DNA of 64,000 nt, taken from positions 1-64,000 of the IMG/VR virus record IMGVR_UViG_2882613001_000002; one strand, 5' to 3'. A program made the position numbers and the translations under genes. Below are positions 37,157 through 46,679 of the stretch, piece by piece. Below the pieces are notes generated by a model, which saw only the letters and a list, made by a program, of their open reading frames with translations, had not been told where the DNA came from and did no database searches. Position 1 is the first letter of the stretch; each line of letters begins with the position of its first letter. The DNA comes from a virus. Taxonomy: Duplodnaviria > Caudoviricetes.

Positions 37157-39349
37157 TTATACGACAAGTCGCCAATATCCACGGGTCGAACCCTTGGCGA
37201 TATAGACGTCAAGAATGCTCTCCCACATCGGTTTCTTGAACGCCTGCTGTGGGCTCTTGACGCCAGTATCCTCGATGAGGTCAGCGGTTTTGACATCAGG
37301 ACTGCCGGCAAGATGCGCCGTTACCAGCTTTTCGAAGATCCGGATCTGATTTGCACCAAGAATGGCAAGCGGTGCTTTTCCTGGGATGCACAATGAAGCG
37401 GATTGGTTGCCTGACTTGAGCACTGCGACTGAACTGCCCCCCGCGGCAACATTCCGTCCAGAACTGAAGGTCTGCGCCAACGCATCACGCGACAGCACCA
37501 AGTCTTCGCCCTCATCGGACAGATGCGTGAGCACCGGAACGACGACATTCGGCCCGAGGCAGGTGAGTGTATCGACGCTGGATGTCAGGACGATCCCGAT
37601 CCCAGACGCATTCCGCGCACGCAGGAGTTGATCCAGCTTGTTGATGACCTGGGGATTACCCAAACGCCGCGCGAAATAGACCGGTTTGCGATGGCCATCC
37701 GTCCCCATGTCACCCATCAGGACCAAATCCTGATCAAGGACCTGCGCTCCCTTGCTTGTCAGCAATGGACGGATGAGTTTCAGCACGGTTTCCTGAAGCC
37801 ATTCGCGATTGAGTTGATAGCGTTCCAGATCGGCCGCTGGATGTTCGCCCGCATCCTCTCCAAACGGACCTGTCGCCGAGACCATTCCTGGCGTCGATGA
37901 GGGCTTGATCTCGACCTCACCGTCAATGTCGTCCTTGTCAATCAGCACGACATCCTGCCGGTCACGCCGCTCGAGCAGCCCACCCTCAATCAGACGATCA
38001 GGATCAAGCCCGATCTCACGCAAGTATCCACCCGTGACCTCGTCTTCCTCGAGATCGTAGAGGTCCACCAGTTGCGCGAACATGGCACGCAAATCGCCGT
38101 TGTCGATCTGACGGAAGGCGCTCAGGATCCCCCATTCGTGCAGCAACGCAAATCCGAGGCTGCGTTCGTCGGGGTCCTTGTTGCTCTGCAGATTGCAGCT
38201 CTTGACGCCTGACACAGTGATGTTGAGGGAGCGTTCCTTGGCGTCGCCTGCACGGTTGTACTTTACTGCAATGCCAATGCGGCTGAAACTGGCAGCCCTC
38301 CGGAAGATGTTGCCCCGGCCGAGATACCTTGTCGCGATTTCCTGGATGTCATCATCGATGGCGACCTTGAGAGCCAGTTTTCGGCTCCAGTGGCCCAGAC
38401 GGATTTCCACTTCCAGCACCCGCGCCACCTGGATTTCCACACCTTCGATCTTCGGGATTGAAAGTGCCAGAGATGTGCGGAAACGGCTGAGGTTGTAGCG
38501 CTTCCAGGTCAGCGGTTTTTGAGAAATGTCGTGTTCCAGCGTAACCTCGGCGAAGGCATCGCCCACCTTCTGCCGAACAACCGGACTGTCGGCGCAAATT
38601 TCGATCTGCCTTTTTGATGGGGTGTAGATCAAGGTCGCTTCGTTTGGCGGTCGGAAATAGATCGTTCCCCGCCGCCCGTCGTCGCGATGGTCGTGCACGC
38701 TCGACAATGGGCCGCCGTGACGGACAATCAGCATGATTGATGTCGGATGCGCTTCAGTAGAAGGCAGGTCGAGCGCCTTAACCGTACAGATTGTCTTGAG
38801 TTCGAGGACCTCCGTGATCTTCGACGCCAGCGCGGTTTCATCGATTGCGTTTGCGTCAAGGTTGATCGCCTTTTCCAACTCGACCTCGAACGCATCGTAC
38901 ATCTTACCGTGGTCGCGGAATTGGCGTGCGAAATGAAAACTCTCCGCATCCTCGAAAGTCTGACGTGTGTTGAGAAACGCCCAGATGCTCCTGCAGAGCG
39001 GATCAGGCTGCGCCTCGATTTCCTGCGCCTGCTCTTCCGTGAACTGCTTGTCGACAATTGTAGCGAGGGATGAAATGCCCTTGCTGTCGGAAAGTGCACG
39101 GATCCTGCGACAGCGCTGTTCGGCTGGCCGCAATTCGTCCAGATCAAAATCTGACAAAATTCCAATGATTTTCTGCCGAAATTCGCTGACCGATTCTTCA
39201 TCTGAAGGATTTGGAGTCTCCTCGGGCAAATTGAACTCTGGCTCGTTCTCGCCTTCCCGAATAGCAAGCACCGCGCGTGCAAGGTCGATCCGCGCGTCCT
39301 CGATCAACGCGAGGATATTCGGGCCAATCGGATTTGCTTTTTGCGCCAT
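37157..39349 (-). CDS. 730-aa unknown protein with C-terminal winged-helix-like domain
   Basis: Long ORF with RBS GAGGTGAG; C-terminus VKTADLIEDTGVKSPQQAFKK...KGSTRGYWRL. Confidence 0.8.
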   Translation of the reverse strand: MAQKANPIGPNILALIEDARIDLARAVLAIREGENEPEFNLPEETPNPSDEESVSEFRQKIIGILSDFDLDELRPAEQRCRRIRALSDSKGISSLATIVDKQFTEEQAQEIEAQPDPLCRSIWAFLNTRQTFEDAESFHFARQFRDHGKMYDAFEVELEKAINLDANAIDETALASKITEVLELKTICTVKALDLPSTEAHPTSIMLIVRHGGPLSSVHDHRDDGRRGTIYFRPPNEATLIYTPSKRQIEICADSPVVRQKVGDAFAEVTLEHDISQKPLTWKRYNLSRFRTSLALSIPKIEGVEIQVARVLEVEIRLGHWSRKLALKVAIDDDIQEIATRYLGRGNIFRRAASFSRIGIAVKYNRAGDAKERSLNITVSGVKSCNLQSNKDPDERSLGFALLHEWGILSAFRQIDNGDLRAMFAQLVDLYDLEEDEVTGGYLREIGLDPDRLIEGGLLERRDRQDVVLIDKDDIDGEVEIKPSSTPGMVSATGPFGEDAGEHPAADLERYQLNREWLQETVLKLIRPLLTSKGAQVLDQDLVLMGDMGTDGHRKPVYFARRLGNPQVINKLDQLLRARNASGIGIVLTSSVDTLTCLGPNVVVPVLTHLSDEGEDLVLSRDALAQTFSSGRNVAAGGSSVAVLKSGNQSASLCIPGKAPLAILGANQIRIFEKLVTAHLAGSPDVKTADLIEDTGVKSPQQAFKKPMWESILDVYIAKGSTRGYWRLVV

Positions 39350-39432
39350 TAACTCACCTCAATGCATGTTATCTCTTAACTTGTTTCAACCTCCGATAAT
39401 CGTTGACGAAAGTAAGGTTCACAAGAGCAGAT

Positions 39433-39447
39433 GTTCGCCACCTGTTC
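39433..39447. promoter_or_regulatory. Alphaproteobacterial LexA (SOS) box
   Basis: GTTC-GCCACCT-GTTC (GTTC-N7-GTTC) in the divergent intergenic region; TTGACG at 39403. Confidence 0.65.
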
Positions 39448-39473
39448 GCTTTCTCATCAGCGCTTGGCGAGGG

Positions 39474-39507
39474 CGGATGTCCCGCCCAGGCCTTCTCGGT
39501 GGCTTTT
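39474..39507 (+). promoter_or_regulatory. Bipartite motif CGGATGTCCCG-N12-CGGTGGCTTTT, copy B (before recombinase operon)
   Basis: Identical blocks to copy A; 39 nt before ATG at 39546. Confidence 0.65.
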
Positions 39508-39545
39508 GGTTGGTAACGACACCAGCAAGCACGGCCACCCAAGAC

Positions 39546-39749
39546 ATGAAACGACCCACCCCCCTGCCACCCGACCAGATGACGCCCGCAGAACGCCGCG
39601 CCGAGCTATGCGGCCTGCTGGCGCTCGGGCTGGTTCGGTTGCGGATGCGTGATCGGGCGGAAGTATCTGACGATACTGGAGAAAGTGGACTACACTATCC
39701 GGCCGACGAATGGCGTCATGCAACTCCAACTCACCGGAGAAATGTATGA
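39546..39749 (+). CDS. Small hypothetical protein of recombinase module
   Basis: MKRPTPLPPDQMTPAERRAELCGLLALGLVRL; ATGA overlap with next gene. Confidence 0.65.
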   Translation: MKRPTPLPPDQMTPAERRAELCGLLALGLVRLRMRDRAEVSDDTGESGLHYPADEWRHATPTHRRNV

Positions 39750-40198
39750 CGACCCACGATCCGATCCCCGCGCGCCTGGCCGCGCTCAAGACCACATCGA
39801 CGCCTGACCTAAAGGCGCAATGGCGGGAGTTGTTCGACAGCGAACCGCCGCCGTTCAATCGCCGTTACCTCGAAAGTCGCCTCGCGTACCGCATCCAGGA
39901 GCTGGCTTATGGCGGCCTGAAGCCGGAAACGGTAAAGCGGCTAGAAGCCCTTGGCGAGCAACTTGATGGCGGTGATCGCAAAAAGAGCCGCATCCGCGCT
40001 GACCTGACGCCCATCGTCGGGACGCGGTTGATCCGTGAATGGCAAGGCGTTGAACACCTCGTCACCGTCACCGCCGACGGTTTCGACTGGCAGGGTCGCC
40101 CTTATAAATCGCTGTCAGCCATTGCCTGCGCCATCACCGGTACGCGCTGGAACGGCTGGGTGTTCTTTGGCCTGAAAAACCACCGGAGGCGCGCATGA
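39746..40198 (+). CDS. DUF2924 protein (possible recombination directionality/accessory factor)
   Basis: LAYRIQELAYGGL, GTRLIREWQG, YKSLSAIACAITGTRWNGWVFFGL. Confidence 0.85.
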   Translation: MTTHDPIPARLAALKTTSTPDLKAQWRELFDSEPPPFNRRYLESRLAYRIQELAYGGLKPETVKRLEALGEQLDGGDRKKSRIRADLTPIVGTRLIREWQGVEHLVTVTADGFDWQGRPYKSLSAIACAITGTRWNGWVFFGLKNHRRRA

Positions 40199-41505
40199 CC
40201 AAGCCAATTGTCCGGAAACTGCGCTGCGCGATCTACACGCGCAAGTCCTCCGAGGAAGGGCTCGAGCAGGAATTTAACAGTCTGCACGCGCAACGGGAGG
40301 CCTGCGAGGCCTATATCGCTAGCCAGCGCTCCGAGGGCTGGGTGCTCGTCCACGATCAGTATGACGATGGTGGCATTTCTGGCGGCACGCTAGACCGCCC
40401 GGGCTTGCAGCAATTGATGGCGGATATTGAGGACGGGCTTGTCGATGTGGTCGTTGTCTACAAGATCGACCGCCTCAGCCGCTCTCTGGCCGATTTCGCC
40501 AAGCTGGTCGAGGTGTTCGACCGCAATGACGTGACCTTCGTTTCGGTCACGCAGTCGTTCAATACCACCACATCAATGGGGCGGCTGACGCTAAACATCC
40601 TGCTTTCCTTCGCCCAGTTCGAGCGCGAGGTCACGGCCGAGCGCATTCGCGACAAGGTCGCGGCGAGCCGCAAAAAGGGGATGTGGATGGGCGGGGTTCC
40701 GCCCTACGGTTATCGCGTTGAAAGTCGCAAACTGATCATCGACGAGGAGCGCGCAGCGCATGTCCGTTGGGCATTCGAGCGGTTTATCAAAATCGGATCT
40801 GGCACCGAACTGGCCCGCGAAACCGCTGCCAAGGGCATACTGACCCCCAAGGGCAACCCGATGGACAAGAAGTTTATCTACCGCATGCTCAACAACCGCG
40901 CGTATATTGGCGAGGCGGTCCACAAGGGCGAAAGCTATCCCGGCGAGCACGACGCCATCATCGATCGCGAGACGTGGGACCGCGTCCATGCCATCCTGCA
41001 GGAAAGCCCACGCAAACGCGCGGCCCGGACCAGAGCCAAAACACCAGCCATGCTCAAAGGCTTGCTCTATGGACCGGACGGCGCGGCGTTTTCGCCGACG
41101 CACACCCGCAAACGCGACCGGCTGTATCGCTACTATGTCAGCCAGACCGTGCTGAAGCACGGCGCCGGATCGTGTCGCGTGGGCCGTGTCTCGGCTGGTG
41201 AGATCGAAACCGCCGTCATTGATCAGCTTCGCACAGTGTTCCGCCAACCCGAGATCGTGGCCGGGACATGGAAGGCGGCACGCGCCAATGCCGACGACAT
41301 CACCGAGGCCGATGCCCGCGCGGCTCTGCAGCAGCTCGATCCGCTTTGGGATGAACTCTTCCCCGCCGAGCAGGCACGCATCGTGGCGCTTCTGATCGAG
41401 CGCGTGGACATCGGCACGGACGGGCTCAATGTCCGGCTGCGCGTCGACGGCCTCCGTGGCCTTGCGCGCGAGATGTTTGCAGGCGGTATTGAGGCGGCGG
41501 CATGA
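40195..41505 (+). CDS. Large serine recombinase (integrase)
   Basis: CAIYTRKSS catalytic Ser, DRLSRS, AQFERE, GGVPPYGY, H.AIID. Confidence 0.93.
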   Translation: MTKPIVRKLRCAIYTRKSSEEGLEQEFNSLHAQREACEAYIASQRSEGWVLVHDQYDDGGISGGTLDRPGLQQLMADIEDGLVDVVVVYKIDRLSRSLADFAKLVEVFDRNDVTFVSVTQSFNTTTSMGRLTLNILLSFAQFEREVTAERIRDKVAASRKKGMWMGGVPPYGYRVESRKLIIDEERAAHVRWAFERFIKIGSGTELARETAAKGILTPKGNPMDKKFIYRMLNNRAYIGEAVHKGESYPGEHDAIIDRETWDRVHAILQESPRKRAARTRAKTPAMLKGLLYGPDGAAFSPTHTRKRDRLYRYYVSQTVLKHGAGSCRVGRVSAGEIETAVIDQLRTVFRQPEIVAGTWKAARANADDITEADARAALQQLDPLWDELFPAEQARIVALLIERVDIGTDGLNVRLRVDGLRGLAREMFAGGIEAAA

Positions 41506-41903
41506 CCAGCAGGACGCCGATCCCGGACACCGTGACGCTGCACGTGCCTTTCCGTGTCGTGAAGCGCGGTGGGCGAAAGGAGATGCAGCTGCCCGAGGGC
41601 GTCAAGCAACCGCGTCGAACGGACAACACGCTGGTGAAGGCTCTGGCCCGCGGTTTTAGGTGGAAGTGGATGTTGGAGTCCGGGGACTTCACGACGATCA
41701 ACGAACTGTCCAAACGCGAAGGGATCGCGCCATCATACATGACTCGCGTTTTGCGGTTGACGCTGCTCGCCCCGGATATCGTCGAAGCGATCTTGGATGG
41801 GCAACAGGGGCCGGAGATAACGCTGGCGCGGGTTCTGGAACCATTTCCGACCGAGTGGGAGGATCAATTGATGAACTTCAAACTTGAGTTCCACGGGTCA
41901 TAG
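41502..41903 (+). CDS. Recombinase-associated hypothetical protein with HTH-like segment
   Basis: VKRGGRKEMQLP, TINELSKREGIAPSYMTRVLRLTLLAPDIVEAIL. Confidence 0.75.
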   Translation: MTSRTPIPDTVTLHVPFRVVKRGGRKEMQLPEGVKQPRRTDNTLVKALARGFRWKWMLESGDFTTINELSKREGIAPSYMTRVLRLTLLAPDIVEAILDGQQGPEITLARVLEPFPTEWEDQLMNFKLEFHGS

Positions 41904-42088
41904 GGCCACCGCCAGTCCGTCAAGCAGAAACACCATGACATTCCAAGAATGCGTAAAAAAGCCCTATACGCGCTTTAGCGAGCGCTTTCAGCCAACTCAA
42001 GTCTGACAAAAAATTCTGCCCGCGCTGGAGTGCGCGGATCTTTCCCACGTGCTAAGCATCTGAGAGGGCATGGGAATCGGAGTGACGA

Positions 42089-42859
42089 GTGGCAGACGGA
42101 TTCATCGCATTCGAGTTGGACCTGATGGGTGCAGTCATGAACCAGCTCATCCCCACGCTCGATGCCATGGGTAGCGCGCCGCTCACCCTAGACAACGCCC
42201 AGGCGCTTCCCGACGCCCAAGGCGTGTACCTGCTGATCCACGACGGAGAGGTCCGCTATGTCGGGAAAACCGATGCGGAGGCTGGGCTTCGAACCCGCCT
42301 GGCTAGGCACGCGCGGAAGTTCGAGCAACGGCGAAACGTGCGGCCCGAAGATGTCCAGTTCAAGGCCGCGCGGATCCTCGTTCTGACCGCGATGGATATC
42401 GAATCCAGATTGATTGCCCACTACGGTTCGGAGTGGAACGGATCGGGCTTCGGGTCCAATGATCCAGGGCGCGAGCGCGAGACGACGAACAAGCCTGAGC
42501 AGGGCTTCGACGCGCGCTTTCCGATCGACATTGATACTCCGCATAGTTTGCTTGCGACGGGACAGACGACGGTTCACGTTGCCCTAATGGCACTGAAGGA
42601 TGTGCTTCCCTACACCCTGCGCTACGAGGTTTCTTTACCACCGCCACGAACGAAGGTCGGAGGACATGACTATCGGCTAAATCCTCACCCGGACATGCCA
42701 GCGTCGCAATTGGAGATTCCACCCGGTCCCATCTCAGTGCGAAGAGCAATGCAGCTGATCGTAGCTGCTTTGCCCGCTGGCTGGCAGGCGACCTATTTCG
42801 TGAGCCACGTGATCCTGTACAAGGAAGATCGCCAGTACGCTCACGGGGTTCAGATCTAA
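42089..42859 (+). CDS. GIY-YIG endonuclease, Eco29kI-like restriction enzyme candidate
   Basis: GVYLLI...YVGKT, RTRL..H, conserved E, WNGSGFGSNDPG; GTG start; convergent with MTase. Confidence 0.8.
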   Translation: MADGFIAFELDLMGAVMNQLIPTLDAMGSAPLTLDNAQALPDAQGVYLLIHDGEVRYVGKTDAEAGLRTRLARHARKFEQRRNVRPEDVQFKAARILVLTAMDIESRLIAHYGSEWNGSGFGSNDPGRERETTNKPEQGFDARFPIDIDTPHSLLATGQTTVHVALMALKDVLPYTLRYEVSLPPPRTKVGGHDYRLNPHPDMPASQLEIPPGPISVRRAMQLIVAALPAGWQATYFVSHVILYKEDRQYAHGVQI

Positions 42860-44019
42860 GCCGCGCTGAGCTTGTCTCGAACGCCTGTGGCGACGATCCG
42901 AGCCAATTGGCACGGGACGGCGTTTCCGAGCTGCCGCATCGTCTCCGTCCACGAGCCGTGGAACACCATGTCGTCGGGGAAGGTCTGCAGGCGAGCGCTC
43001 TCTCGGATCGTGAAATAGCGCACCGAGCCATCAGGCCTGCGCAGCATGTTCTCGCCTCCAGGAACACCATGCACGCCCGCCTTCAGTGTCTTGCCGGGCT
43101 CGTCAAGTGGGCTTCCCGTGTGCCCCGGATAGGAGCGTGCACCGGGTTGAAACCGGTGGTCATGAAAGTCCAGCGCCGTGCCGGACGCATGTTCCGGATC
43201 CGGAAGGTCGGAGATCGCGTCGCGCACGGTCAGCCACGGTTCGTCCAGAGGCCGCTCAGCTATCTTCAAGGCCCGCGCCTGCGCCGCACCACCATCCGGC
43301 CGGTTCTTGCGAGAGACGCGGTGCAGGTCCCAATAGACCTCCTCGCGCCATTGCGACCAGAGCAGCGCGTCCCGCGAGTGGGTCGGCTTCGGAAAGTGCC
43401 ACTCGATCTCGGTGTCGGCACGGAACCCGACGAGGAAGATGCGCTCACGTCGCTGGGGGACACCGTAGTTCGCCGAATTCAGAACCCGCATCACCACTCG
43501 ATAGTGCAGGCCCTTCTCGGTTCCCTTCGTGTGATGGTTCTCCAGGCGCGCGAGGTGTGCCAGCCATTCTTCTTCCCTCTTGGCAACAAGATCGGGATAG
43601 GTCAGCTGCAGTCGAATGTACTCGAGGTAATTCGCGAAACTGCTGCGCGTAAGCCCCTTTACGTTCTCGAAGATGAAAGCCCTAGGTCGAAGCTCGCGCA
43701 CGGCACGGATGGCCTGCGGGAACATGTCCCGGCTGTCGAGAAATGCGCGGTGGCGTCCGCCCATCGAAAAAGGTTGGCAGGGCGGTCCGCCCGTAACGAG
43801 GTCGACGGAGCCGCCTACGGTCCCAAAATCGAACTGCCGCACATCACCCTCATGAATCGGCCAGTGCGTAATTGGATCAAGACCGCGATCTTTGTTCTCG
43901 CGGAGAGTGTCGCACGCCCATCGGTCCCAGTCCATGACGGCAGCCGGGCGGAATCCTGCTTGGCTGACGCCGATCCCAAGCCCGCCTGCGCCCACGAACA
44001 GCTCGACCGATCTCATCAT
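42856..44019 (-). CDS. C5 cytosine DNA methyltransferase of type II R-M
   Basis: ELFVGAGG, GGPPCQPFS, FENV, QRRERIF, RYFTIRESARLQTFPD, QLGNAVP; start at ATGA overlap with vsr. Confidence 0.95.
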   Translation of the reverse strand: MMRSVELFVGAGGLGIGVSQAGFRPAAVMDWDRWACDTLRENKDRGLDPITHWPIHEGDVRQFDFGTVGGSVDLVTGGPPCQPFSMGGRHRAFLDSRDMFPQAIRAVRELRPRAFIFENVKGLTRSSFANYLEYIRLQLTYPDLVAKREEEWLAHLARLENHHTKGTEKGLHYRVVMRVLNSANYGVPQRRERIFLVGFRADTEIEWHFPKPTHSRDALLWSQWREEVYWDLHRVSRKNRPDGGAAQARALKIAERPLDEPWLTVRDAISDLPDPEHASGTALDFHDHRFQPGARSYPGHTGSPLDEPGKTLKAGVHGVPGGENMLRRPDGSVRYFTIRESARLQTFPDDMVFHGSWTETMRQLGNAVPCQLARIVATGVRDKLSAA

Positions 44020-44432
44020 CCCAGGAACTCCCCGATCCTTGCCTGCAATTCCTCTCGGTTTTTTGTTTGGCATTCCCATATCACGAGGACGTCCCAACCG
44101 AGTTCTGCGAGCAGGACGATATTACGCTCGTCCCGTTTCCTATTTGTTTCCAGCTTCGGGCCCCAAAAGTCCAGCCTGGATTTCGGGAGTCTCGCCAGCG
44201 GGCACGCCGGATCTGGGTGTCGGTGCCAAAAACAGCCGTGCACGAAGATTACCTTTCTTCGAGCCGGAAAGACTAGGTCAGGCTTCCCGGGCAGGTCATG
44301 ACGATGAAGCCTGTAGCGATAGCCCATACCGTGGACCAGGCGGCGCACCAGCAGCTCCGGCTTGGTGTCACGGCCGCGGACCCGGCTCATGCGCTCGCTT
44401 CGCTGTTCTGGCGTCAGTGTATCCACGCGCAT
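44016..44432 (-). CDS. vsr: Very short patch repair endonuclease
   Basis: DTLTPEQRSERMSRVRGRDTKPE, LPGKPDLVF, FVHGCFWH, WECQ. Confidence 0.95.
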   Translation of the reverse strand: MRVDTLTPEQRSERMSRVRGRDTKPELLVRRLVHGMGYRYRLHRHDLPGKPDLVFPARRKVIFVHGCFWHRHPDPACPLARLPKSRLDFWGPKLETNRKRDERNIVLLAELGWDVLVIWECQTKNREELQARIGEFLG

Positions 44433-44487
44433 CCTTATAATGGCACGCAGAGTGGACCGACAAGAAGAACTTCCGAACTCATACTAG

Positions 44488-45009
44488 TTAGTCCAACCAA
44501 ATCAGGCGCTTGATGCCAATTTTGTCCGCCGCGCTTTCGACGACTGCGCGCTGGGTTGCCATCCCGAACTTTGCTGAAGATTCGGTCAGCACAGCTGCAA
44601 AAGGCTCGCTATTCTCGAAAGCACGCTCATGCAGGGCCATCAACGTTGCCTTCCAGTCAGCTGCCTTGCTCCAAGCGATCTGGCGCCCATCGGGGAGAAG
44701 GCAGCCGTGCGGTTTAATGAAAGTCGCGCTGACCTCTGCACCCTCGTCAATCCCGAGCACCCGGAATACGCGCGCGGGGTTGGCTGAGGCCTCCCTAGTG
44801 TATGACTTGAGGAGCGTATCCTTGATATAAACGCGAACTTTTCGCGGGTCCATGTACTGACCCAGCCTTCCGCCAATACTCTCCGTCTCGGTCCACACCG
44901 AGTAGTAACGCGACTTATCGGTAGCCGAAAGCGCCGACCAATTGAGCCGATCAGCTTCTGCCCACAGGTGCTCCTTGATCTCGCTTCGAACGCTCACGGG
45001 CACCCTCAT
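44488..45009 (-). CDS. Unknown 173-aa protein coupled to the helicase
   Basis: ATGA overlap with helicase stop; plausible alpha/beta protein. Confidence 0.75.
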   Translation of the reverse strand: MRVPVSVRSEIKEHLWAEADRLNWSALSATDKSRYYSVWTETESIGGRLGQYMDPRKVRVYIKDTLLKSYTREASANPARVFRVLGIDEGAEVSATFIKPHGCLLPDGRQIAWSKAADWKATLMALHERAFENSEPFAAVLTESSAKFGMATQRAVVESAADKIGIKRLIWLD

Positions 45010-46679
45010 TGCACGCCTCCCGGCTGGGGTGCGGCTGGAAACTCAAACTGCGGAACTTCTAACTGCGCGTCACCCTCGCGCAAAATCAAATCCGCCTGAT
45101 CCTTCATCCATTCGAGCATGAAATTTCCTGCCGATGCGTCGCGGAAATTGATGAGATTGTGTCCGAGAGGCAGCCGCTCGACAGGACCCGCAGCGGCCTT
45201 TTCAAGTTCGATCACTTCCGCCACTCGACGCAGATCGGTCACGAAATCCATCACGATTACCTTGTCTTTACCGTGGCTCAGGCGAAGCCCCCGGCCAAGC
45301 TGCTGGACAAAGATCCGACGGCTATGCGTCGCGCGCATGAAGACAATTAGATCAACATCAGGCACGTCAACGCCTTCGTTAAACAAATCAACACTGGACA
45401 ATACATCGATGTCCCCTCGTCGGAACATTGCCATAAGTCGATCGCGCTCGCGGGCTTCCTGCCTCGACGAAATAGATTCAGCGCGCAATCCGTAACCACG
45501 AAGTGTTCCCGCGAAACTCTCAGCGTGATCAACCGTTGGAGAGAACACAATCCCACCCCGCCGCTTCTCGCTGCGGAAAGCCTCGACAATGTGCCTGGCC
45601 GCCTCATCGTCGCGAGTTGGCATCAAAAGCTTCCTGTTCAGTTGGTTTAGAGAATAGTTGTGCGAAGAGATTTCCTGTACAAACTCCCAGTCGACGTTGT
45701 CTGCCAACAGCCGATAATCGACCTCGCAAAGGTATTTCTGCCTCAGGCCGTCTGAGATACCGAGCCGAACAAGCGGCTTGCCCAATAGCTCATCGATGTC
45801 GAAACCATCGCCGCGCCACGGCGTTGCCGTTGCTCCACCGACCATAGGTGGCTCAAGAGCAGCGAGCGCACGCCGAAAACTAGCGGATCCGATATGATGC
45901 GCCTCATCGACAAGCACCAAGCCAAAATTTGGCAAATCATCGACACGTCCAATGATGCTTTGGACCGTCGCGAAAGTGATTCCATCGTAGAAAGATGGGG
46001 TCTCATCGCCCGAAAGCATATGCGTTGGAACCCACTTGGGCAGCTGATGCCAAAATCCGAATTGTAGCTGTCGAATGAGCTCACGTTTGTCGGCGAGAAC
46101 GAGCACCCGGTTTTCGCGAATGAGGCCATCACGATAAAGATCCGCAACAACTTCCGCCATTACCACGGTCTTGCCTAAACCCGTTGCAAGCACGACTTGA
46201 GCGCGACCCGTGTCCGTGAGGCCTTCGCGAAATCTATCGACTGCCTCTTGCTGATATGGCCTTAGATCCCTTCTCGACTTAGGGTACTCGGGGACTTCTT
46301 GAGCAAGGTGCGCAAGACGAGCTGGATCGAGTAATTCGACATTGATCCCTATCCGGCGGAAACGTTCGATTTCGGCTAGGACTCCACCACCGACCGCGCG
46401 TGAAGTCGCCAGAAGCATACGGTTGGCACCATAGTATGTTCCGGCATCGACAACTTCTTGGACGGCATGTTTCGTGGGCGGGGCGGTCGTGGTGTGTTTG
46501 CACTGCACAACCCAAATCTCACCGTTTTTCACGCCAACGACATCTGCGCCTTTGTCGCCCGAACCACCAACAACGCGCACATCATCGAAGCCTGCATGCA
46601 TCAAAATTCTTGCAACATCGCGCTCAAACGCTTGCCATGGGCCACGTAGGAGTCGCCTGTCGTCAAGAAAGTGCGTCAT
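45006..46679 (-). CDS. Mrr-like nuclease fused to SF2 (ResIII-like) helicase
   Basis: WQAFER...GDKGADV...VQCKH; ATGLGKT, DEAH, TATP, QQLGRGLR. Confidence 0.88.
   Translation of the reverse strand: MTHFLDDRRLLRGPWQAFERDVARILMHAGFDDVRVVGGSGDKGADVVGVKNGEIWVVQCKHTTTAPPTKHAVQEVVDAGTYYGANRMLLATSRAVGGGVLAEIERFRRIGINVELLDPARLAHLAQEVPEYPKSRRDLRPYQQEAVDRFREGLTDTGRAQVVLATGLGKTVVMAEVVADLYRDGLIRENRVLVLADKRELIRQLQFGFWHQLPKWVPTHMLSGDETPSFYDGITFATVQSIIGRVDDLPNFGLVLVDEAHHIGSASFRRALAALEPPMVGGATATPWRGDGFDIDELLGKPLVRLGISDGLRQKYLCEVDYRLLADNVDWEFVQEISSHNYSLNQLNRKLLMPTRDDEAARHIVEAFRSEKRRGGIVFSPTVDHAESFAGTLRGYGLRAESISSRQEARERDRLMAMFRRGDIDVLSSVDLFNEGVDVPDVDLIVFMRATHSRRIFVQQLGRGLRLSHGKDKVIVMDFVTDLRRVAEVIELEKAAAGPVERLPLGHNLINFRDASAGNFMLEWMKDQADLILREGDAQLEVPQFEFPAAPQPGGVQ

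Noticed and set aside
42089-44019. Assigning CCGCGG (Eco29kI) specificity to the R-M pair
   Set aside because: Family resemblance only; specificity cannot be read from these motifs, and CCGCGG sites are present in the prophage (e.g. 8847-8852).
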